DNA of 64,000 bases, from positions 62,001 to 126,000 of the IMG/VR virus record IMGVR_UViG_3300042562_001598; one strand, given 5' to 3'. This document shows positions 58,081-64,000 of this stretch, in pieces. The position numbers and the translations under genes are program-made. Position 1 is the stretch's first letter; each line of letters begins with the position of its first letter. The notes beneath the pieces were generated by a model, which saw only the letters and a program-made list of their open reading frames with translations, made no database searches and was not told the origin of the DNA.

Positions 58081-58323
58081 ATGAAAACTTTACAAATGTC
58101 TGAAGAATTGAAAACTCAATATAATGTAGAAGACTTTCCAGTTGGTTTCTTAATTCACTTTAACGATGGTGAATCTTGGAAAGTTGTTAAGACTGGTATG
58201 AAATCTAATGAGATTAGTGCTAAACCGTATAACGAGTTAGCTAAAAATAGAAACATAAGTTTAGCGATAGATTTTAGTTTAGAATACTTGAATGATAATG
58301 TTAATAAAATAGATAAAATATGA
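58081..58323 (+). CDS. Hypothetical protein
   Basis: ATG after TAcaTTTG (58036-43). Confidence 0.55.
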   Translation: MKTLQMSEELKTQYNVEDFPVGFLIHFNDGESWKVVKTGMKSNEISAKPYNELAKNRNISLAIDFSLEYLNDNVNKIDKI

Positions 58324-58490
58324 ATAAAATTGTGTTAAACTCGGTTCTTTTTTTAATTATGGTGGTGGCGTTATATGTTATTAACATTATGACTTTTAGG
58401 GGTGAATATCCAATGATGTTTTTCGGAACATTATTAGTTAGTATTGTGATTTTAATATTGTTTCCTTATAACAAATTCTTTAAACGATAA
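58320..58490 (+). CDS. Small two-TM membrane protein (not in ORF track)
   Basis: MNKIVLNSVLFLIMVVALYVINIM...FFGTLLVSIVILILFPY. Confidence 0.5.
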   Translation: MNKIVLNSVLFLIMVVALYVINIMTFRGEYPMMFFGTLLVSIVILILFPYNKFFKR

Positions 58491-58493
58491 AAT

Positions 58494-58748
58494 ATGAATG
58501 AAAATCTTAAAATAATTGGAATTATTGTAATCTTGAGTGCGATAGTATCATTTGGTCTATTCTTTACGATTAAACATTACGAGAAAACATATAAAGTTGA
58601 GATTACTTTTTGTGATGGTCGTCCACCAATAGTGACTACCGTAGTGGATTTTAAAACACCATCTCGGTATAGAATTAGTAATGATAAACGAGCTGTGCCT
58701 GAATATAAAGGGTATCTTAATGTGTGTGATGTAAAAGTTGTTAATTAA
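58494..58748 (+). CDS. Membrane-anchored hypothetical protein
   Basis: N-terminal TM; two Cys. Confidence 0.55.
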   Translation: MNENLKIIGIIVILSAIVSFGLFFTIKHYEKTYKVEITFCDGRPPIVTTVVDFKTPSRYRISNDKRAVPEYKGYLNVCDVKVVN

Positions 58749-58766
58749 ATAAATAAATAAATAAAT

Positions 58767-59540
58767 ATGAAAAAAGTTTTAGTGTTATTAGTTGGTGTGT
58801 TATTTTTAGGTTCATGTCATCGTCCAGAACCAAATTATGAAGGTGTTCTTATGACAGATTATGGTAGGAATGGAATTGAGTCGTTCAAGGTTGTAACCGG
58901 AGCTCAAGGAATATTAGGGCCTGGAACTGAGTTGTATCAAGTTCCTATGTTTGAACAGAAAGCGGATGTTGATGCCGTTAGAGTATCTGCGAAAGATGCT
59001 GGTGTATTCACAATTGACCCTAGTTACTCTTATCAGGTAACCAGAACCAAAGGTCCTAATATCGTGTTAAACTATAAACATTTGGGAACTGGGGATGGGT
59101 TTTTAGATAATGTTGAAGAAAATGTATTAAATAAATTGGTAACAGATACATTCAGAGAAGAAGCGAGAAATTATACTACAGATTCCCTTATGAATAACCT
59201 TAATACCTTTGAGAAAAGAGTTGAGAAATCATTAACTATTAAGTTTAGTAATAAGTTCTTCACCTTAAACACTTTAACATCCGGGTTAACACCACCAAAG
59301 TCTATGGCTGAAGCAATTGAAGCTCGTAACAATGCTATTCAAAAGGCTAACCAGGTTAGGAATGAGTTGGAAACTTCTAAATTATACCAAGAAAAAGCGC
59401 GAATTGATGCTGAAACTGATAGAATTAAGTCAGCTGGTTTAACCAAAGAAGTCCTTCAACAAAAATGGATTGAGGCCATTAGAACCTCAAATAATAGAAT
59501 TATTATCACTGATGGTAGAACACCAATAATCTTAAACTAA
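58767..59540 (+). CDS. SPFH/Band-7/prohibitin-domain lipoprotein
   Basis: Lipobox LGSC, EGV...YG, VSAKDA, AIEARNNA coiled coil, LQQKWIEA. Confidence 0.8.
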   Translation: MKKVLVLLVGVLFLGSCHRPEPNYEGVLMTDYGRNGIESFKVVTGAQGILGPGTELYQVPMFEQKADVDAVRVSAKDAGVFTIDPSYSYQVTRTKGPNIVLNYKHLGTGDGFLDNVEENVLNKLVTDTFREEARNYTTDSLMNNLNTFEKRVEKSLTIKFSNKFFTLNTLTSGLTPPKSMAEAIEARNNAIQKANQVRNELETSKLYQEKARIDAETDRIKSAGLTKEVLQQKWIEAIRTSNNRIIITDGRTPIILN

Positions 59541-59547
59541 TACAATC

Positions 59548-59877
59548 ATGAAAAAACATTTTAGACTTACAGAAATTTATACAGTTCATGCAGCAACTAA
59601 ACCAGTTGAGTTGGATAGTGAAATGTTCCCAGACTTTAAGGGAGAAACCGAACAAGAGTTTTTTGATTATATTCTTCAAAACTATAGAGAACTTACAGAA
59701 GATGAAACATTATCGGAAGAGGTGAGTAATTTAATTAATGATTTAGCTTATGGTGATAAAGAAGAATATTACAACTCATCTTTCAACTATTATGAAGGTG
59801 AATTTCAGATGGGTGAATTGGACGAGAAACAACATAAAAATGGGTATTTTGACGCACAATATACTATTGACGAATAA
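59548..59877 (+). CDS. Hypothetical acidic protein
   Basis: 109-aa ORF. Confidence 0.55.
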   Translation: MKKHFRLTEIYTVHAATKPVELDSEMFPDFKGETEQEFFDYILQNYRELTEDETLSEEVSNLINDLAYGDKEEYYNSSFNYYEGEFQMGELDEKQHKNGYFDAQYTIDE

Positions 59878-59950
59878 AAAATAAAAATAAATTAGGTTTT
59901 TAATTAAATAAGAATTACTTTTGTTAAACAATAATAAAACGATAAAAAAT

Positions 59951-60958
59951 ATGAAAACAGAATTAACAGCTCAAGAACAAGAATTGACAAATGTGGTAAG
60001 AGAAGAATGGTTGAATTTAGCCTTTAATCAAAACACCAAAGGTATTAACAAGGAGTTATTTGAAAAAGGTATTACCTGGTTATACCAAAGATTCTTGGAA
60101 TTACCAAAACCGGAAGTTGTTTATTGCGATGGGTTAATTGAAGCGGTTATCAAAATCACTTTGGTGAAAGACTTTGACAAAGAAGTTGAGGATTATACAC
60201 CTGATATGATTGAACAATACAACAACAAAACTTTATCTCCAGAGTTTATGGAGAAATTCAAGGAGAATTATAACTTGAAGTCAACATATTGTGGATGGAG
60301 TAACTTCGGATGGGTATCGTTCTACGATTACTTTACAAGAATTGGAGTAATCAACCACGAGGACTTCAACAACTATAAGGATATCATCCAGTCTAATGTG
60401 TTTGAGACATTTGAGTTTGAGAATGTTGTATTCGCGGTTCAACCACCATCTGAAATCAACAGAAACGAAAATGGTCAGTTACATAATACTTCAGGTCATG
60501 CGTTAGCTTTCAAGGATGGTAGTAAGTTCTACTATGTTCATGGTCGTGAGATTGACGCTAACCTAGTAAAAGGTGACTTCACTAAAGAACAATTCTTAAC
60601 TGAAGAAAGTGAAGATATTCGTGGAGCAATGTTTGAGATTATTGAAGCTCAAGGTGAGGGTTCTATGATGACATTCCTTGGAGCTTACGAATATGGTACC
60701 GAAACAATTGTTCACGGAAATGGTGAGGAAGAAGTTTTAACCTTGTATAGAACTACGGAATCATTCCCTGAATTACAAGACATCAATGGTAAGACAGATG
60801 TTCCGTTATGTTGGTTGAGATTGGTTTGTCCATCAACAGGACAGAATTACTTAATCTCTACTGATGCGTCGTTCACTACACCATCTGAAGCTGCTAAATA
60901 CCACAGACCTGAAGAGGTTCCTTTTGAGTTGGGTTACTCATGGTTGAGTAGAAACTAA
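59951..60958 (+). CDS. DUF6745-like protein
   Basis: WVSFYDYF, GQLHN..GHAL.FKDG..YYVHG, LVCPSTGQNY; TActTTTG upstream. Confidence 0.7.
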   Translation: MKTELTAQEQELTNVVREEWLNLAFNQNTKGINKELFEKGITWLYQRFLELPKPEVVYCDGLIEAVIKITLVKDFDKEVEDYTPDMIEQYNNKTLSPEFMEKFKENYNLKSTYCGWSNFGWVSFYDYFTRIGVINHEDFNNYKDIIQSNVFETFEFENVVFAVQPPSEINRNENGQLHNTSGHALAFKDGSKFYYVHGREIDANLVKGDFTKEQFLTEESEDIRGAMFEIIEAQGEGSMMTFLGAYEYGTETIVHGNGEEEVLTLYRTTESFPELQDINGKTDVPLCWLRLVCPSTGQNYLISTDASFTTPSEAAKYHRPEEVPFELGYSWLSRN

Positions 60959-61072
60959 TAGACCTGGAAAAGTAATTAATAATAGGTTATGATTATCGTA
61001 AAATCATTGATATTTATAATAATATAACCTATTATTACTTTAACAACAACAATAATTAAAATACTATTAAAA

Positions 61073-61396
61073 ATGAAAAAGATATTAATAATGTTAATGA
61101 TGTTAGGGATAGCATCTTGCAAATCAACAAGTGGTGTTAGTGATTATGGATATGAAATGAAAGACAACACACTTTACCTTAAAGGGGTTGAAATTGGGTA
61201 TCTTGAAGCAGTTAAGTTACAAGATAAAGGTGGGGAAATAAGAAGAGAGGTTGTGTTTGTTATATATAATGAAACAGAACCAGTTGGTAGAGCTCGTGAA
61301 ATCATAACTTACTTAAAATCTCGTATTTCAAAATCAGATATTGAATTAAAAACACTTTATAAAAAAAATAATATAAATAAAATTAAATTAAACTAG
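61073..61396 (+). CDS. Putative lipoprotein
   Basis: MKKILIMLMMLGIASC lipobox. Confidence 0.65.
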   Translation: MKKILIMLMMLGIASCKSTSGVSDYGYEMKDNTLYLKGVEIGYLEAVKLQDKGGEIRREVVFVIYNETEPVGRAREIITYLKSRISKSDIELKTLYKKNNINKIKLN

Positions 61397-61398
61397 AT

Positions 61399-61785
61399 AT
61401 GGAAAAGTTAGAGTTCACAAACAAGTACAACGCACACCAAGGAGATTGTCAATTTCACTCAATCGCTAAACTACCTACAGGTGTAAAACAAGTGGAGAAA
61501 ACATTCTTCGCTAAATCAGAAAAGAGTGGTCACGCACACGCTTTATGTGGGGATTATGATTTATATGAAGATGAAAAAGGTTCACGATTCATCGTTGTAG
61601 GTTCAGATGGAGCTACATTGAACCACACAGGTTACAAAAACCTTATCCCAGAATATTGGGATAGAAATGAGGTTCTTCCGGTTGCTGACCACAAGCCGAC
61701 ACTTCTACCTATGGGTATCTACCATGTAGGTATTCAACGAAGAGTAAATCCCTTCAAATCCGTTTGGGAGAAAGTTAAAGATTAA
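61399..61785 (+). CDS. His-rich putative metal-binding protein (usual DUF6745 neighbour)
   Basis: HQGD, SGHAH, LNH, DH..LP.G.Y.V.IQR. Confidence 0.6.
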   Translation: MEKLEFTNKYNAHQGDCQFHSIAKLPTGVKQVEKTFFAKSEKSGHAHALCGDYDLYEDEKGSRFIVVGSDGATLNHTGYKNLIPEYWDRNEVLPVADHKPTLLPMGIYHVGIQRRVNPFKSVWEKVKD

Positions 61786-61808
61786 TCTTTAATGATGTTA
61801 AACTAAAG

Positions 61809-61840
61809 AAAAAGTCTCTATCAATATAGAGACTTTTTTT
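61809..61840 (+). terminator. Intrinsic terminator
   Basis: AAAAGTCTCTAT-caat-ATAGAGACTTTT. Confidence 0.8.
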
Positions 61841-61856
61841 ATATAAAACAATTATT

Positions 61857-62033
61857 ATGAAATTAGGAAAATATATTGGTCAAGAACTATTAGAAGACAT
61901 GGTTATAATTAATACTGTTGTTTACACAGAACTAGACAATACAGAATATGGTGGGTTAATTGATTCTACCTGGATTATATTCACTCACATTATGGAATTA
62001 ATTAATGATGAGGTAACCAACAAATTCCGTTAA
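61857..62033 (+). CDS. Hypothetical 58-aa protein (not in ORF track)
   Basis: MKLGKYIGQELLEDM...; terminator-like hairpin at 62035-63. Confidence 0.45.
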   Translation: MKLGKYIGQELLEDMVIINTVVYTELDNTEYGGLIDSTWIIFTHIMELINDEVTNKFR

Positions 62034-62147
62034 TAAAAAACCCCCAATATGATTGAGGGTTTTAAGGTTTACATATAATTAATTATAATTGTTTAATAAT
62101 ACAAAATCAAATATATTTGTGGTATATTTATTAATATATTTATTTTT

Positions 62148-62618
62148 ATGGAATTAAGTAAAGAAGAAGAAAGAGGTATTGATTTGGTCGTTAGAGCGGT
62201 ATCAAAGAAATATCCATTTATAAAGGGTTGGGTGTTAAATCAGGTTGTTAAAGCTGATAATACTGAACATACAATTATATTCATTGATATTCTTATTAAT
62301 ATGGGGGCTTATCTAAAGTATTTTGATTTATACCCTAGTAAGTTTTATATCAATTATAGTAATAAGAGTGAATTCCAATCATCGTCACTATGGCATTGGG
62401 GTAGTGAAGAAGAGGGTGGTAAATGGGTTGGGTCATATGATGAATCGCGTGAAAAATATGAGGAAAAATCAAATAATTTGAATCAACATATTCGTGAGAT
62501 GTTAAAAGATAGGTATAGTGAAATACCGGAAGAATATCAAAAATTGTATATAGGTTATGGTGGAGAACTTACACCATCATCACTATTAAACTTCCAATAC
62601 AGAATTGCAAATGATTGA
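62148..62618 (+). CDS. Hypothetical protein, tandem paralogue 1
   Basis: ELSKEEERGIDLVVRAVSKKYPFIKGW. Confidence 0.65.
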   Translation: MELSKEEERGIDLVVRAVSKKYPFIKGWVLNQVVKADNTEHTIIFIDILINMGAYLKYFDLYPSKFYINYSNKSEFQSSSLWHWGSEEEGGKWVGSYDESREKYEEKSNNLNQHIREMLKDRYSEIPEEYQKLYIGYGGELTPSSLLNFQYRIAND

Positions 62619-63078
62619 GTTAACAAATAATGAGAAAAAAGGGATTAACTTGAGTGTTAAAGGTCTTGCTAAAACATATCCTTTTGTTAAGGGGTGGGAT
62701 TATAATGAAAATTCTGATGATTATAGATACTCACTTTATATTAATCTATTAATTGACCCTATTGAATCAATTAATTTTATTCGTGAAAAATATGGGATTG
62801 AGTTTTATCCTTCAAGAACATTAATTGATATGATTACTAACAGACCTGACGAATACGAAACACCTGTTTTAATGTTGTATGCTTCGGTTGAAGGTGAAGG
62901 TGGTGAAATGATGGGTAGTAGTAATGAGGCTTGGTCTGATACATTTAATAAATTATATGATATAAAATTGGAGATGGTTGAAAGGTTAAATGACAAATAT
63001 AATATGTTACCTGATGAATATAAAGTTCCTAAAGCATTATCACTTCAGAGATATAGAATAACTCCAGAAAAAAAATAA
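62611..63078 (+). CDS. Hypothetical protein, tandem paralogue 2
   Basis: ELTNNEKKGINLSVKGLAKTYPFVKGW. Confidence 0.65.
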   Translation: MIELTNNEKKGINLSVKGLAKTYPFVKGWDYNENSDDYRYSLYINLLIDPIESINFIREKYGIEFYPSRTLIDMITNRPDEYETPVLMLYASVEGEGGEMMGSSNEAWSDTFNKLYDIKLEMVERLNDKYNMLPDEYKVPKALSLQRYRITPEKK

Positions 63079-63080
63079 TT

Positions 63081-63854
63081 ATGAATTTACAGGAAAATAT
63101 AGTAAGGATTAGAGAGATGATGCTTGCTGAGGAGATGGTGCAATCTGATGCTTGGAAAATGATTAAGAAATCAATAGATATTCTTAAGAAGAAAGATAAG
63201 GTTTTATTATTGAGTTGTTCCAATAGATACAATTGGAATGAAGAAAACATAGACATTCCAAAGTCAAAGATGATTGCAATGTATATCCAAGATGAGTTGG
63301 GTGATAAGGCGGTCTTAATTGATGTTCCAGAACTTAATATATTACCTTGTGAGGGCAATGTTTCAAGAAAGGATGGTAATAGTTGTGGTTTATTAAAAGC
63401 GTTGCTTAAAGATAAGGATAAGAACCCCTCCGGTAATCATAGATGTTGGGCAAGTTATAACAATCCTAAAGATGAGTTATGGAAAGTATCCAAGGAATTG
63501 TTTGAGTCTGACACTGTAATATTTTTTAGTTCTATAAGATGGGGACAGACTAATATGTATTACCAAAATTTAATTGAGAGGTTAACTTGGATTGAGAATA
63601 GACACGCAACACTTGGTGAATCAAATATAGTTAAGGATATTGAGAGTGGGTTTATTTGTACAGGTCAAAACTGGAATGGTGAGAATGTTACTGGAACTCA
63701 ATTAAAGGTACACGAATTTTATGGGTTTAAACCGAATGATGATTTATATTGGAATTGGCAATACACTAAAGATGTTAATGATGAGACGAAAAAATCTTAT
63801 AAGGAATCACATAAAAAATTCATAAAAGACACGAAGATACCTGAAAATAAATAA
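63081..63854 (+). CDS. Flavodoxin-fold / NADPH-dependent FMN reductase-like protein with leader
   Basis: VLLLSCSNR, LNILPCEG, D.VIFFSSIRWG, LIERL; leader MNLQENIVRIREMMLAEE. Confidence 0.7.
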   Translation: MNLQENIVRIREMMLAEEMVQSDAWKMIKKSIDILKKKDKVLLLSCSNRYNWNEENIDIPKSKMIAMYIQDELGDKAVLIDVPELNILPCEGNVSRKDGNSCGLLKALLKDKDKNPSGNHRCWASYNNPKDELWKVSKELFESDTVIFFSSIRWGQTNMYYQNLIERLTWIENRHATLGESNIVKDIESGFICTGQNWNGENVTGTQLKVHEFYGFKPNDDLYWNWQYTKDVNDETKKSYKESHKKFIKDTKIPENK

Positions 63855-63872
63855 AAAATTTGTTTTATAATT

Positions 63873-64000
63873 ATGAAATTACAGGAAAATATAGACAGAA
63901 TGAAATCAATGATGGGTTTAATTGGTGAGGGTACGGATAAACTTACCAATAAATTAATTGATAATTTTAGTAAAGAGTTTAATTACACTAGATTAGCTAA
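63873..64000 (+). CDS. Partial CDS (3'-truncated) with MKLQENIDRMKSMMGLIGE leader
   Basis: Open to the window end; same leader type as 63081. Confidence 0.6.
   Translation, partial: MKLQENIDRMKSMMGLIGEGTDKLTNKLIDNFSKEFNYTRLA

Noticed and set aside
339-63358. Numerous antisense or nested ORFs in the track (e.g. 339..581, 9052..9339, 16063..16443, 43115..43534, 63029..63358)
   Set aside because: Shadow ORFs overlapping well-supported genes, with atypical composition
1-64000. Stop-codon reassignment (TAG or TGA) as in some huge phages
   Set aside because: Code-11 ORFs tile densely, conserved proteins are full length, and TAG/TGA end genes at sensible positions
1-64000. Eukaryotic giant virus or cellular origin (LRR, DnaJ, ferritin, Cys-rich proteins)
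   Set aside because: Sigma70 factor, bacterial promoters and terminators, PG-binding domain and phage-type gene families; no cellular core operons
1-64000. tRNA/tmRNA genes, introns or inteins
   Set aside because: No cloverleaf with T-loop consensus, no intein termini and no interrupted conserved genes seen by eye; tRNAscan-SE/Infernal would confirm

Overview
A 64-kb segment of a very AT-rich, gene-dense large ('jumbo/huge') tailed bacteriophage genome, mostly + strand and consistent with genetic code 11. No tRNA, rRNA or CRISPR array was seen. The host is very probably Bacteroidota: about 14 intergenic TT(T/A)G-N19-21-TAnnTTTG promoters, a Bacteroidota-type primary sigma factor, an Hc1 histone-H1-like peptide and SprB-like repeats. 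Layout: Cys/Thr/Gly-rich tail/adhesin genes (1-9 kb); RuvC, primase, PD-(D/E)XK exonuclease, SbcD/SbcC (7.5-18 kb); a four-gene split-helicase/split-methyltransferase cassette (18-22 kb); sigma factor and a putative lysis/membrane cluster (22.6-26.5 kb); DnaJ, two LRR paralogues, PcfJ-like proteins, Trx/Grx; a degenerate SAM-synthetase-like gene (38 kb); a block of late-promoter genes sharing a capsid-targeting-like N-terminal leader (DHH, ferritin, PG-binding, pre-toxin-like); and an accessory region (Dcm, SGNH, orphan ABC TMD, SPFH, DUF6745, flavodoxin-like) with a 268-bp duplication carrying an ArfA-like peptide. Best candidates for novelty: (1) a catalytically dead MetK pseudo-enzyme, (2) the split helicase/MTase cassette, (3) a late promoter (TATTTAT) plus N-terminal leader that may route cargo proteins into the virion, with leaderless early paralogues, and (4) a short anti-Shine-Dalgarno-like ncRNA candidate. 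All family calls come from motif recognition by eye; no searches were run.
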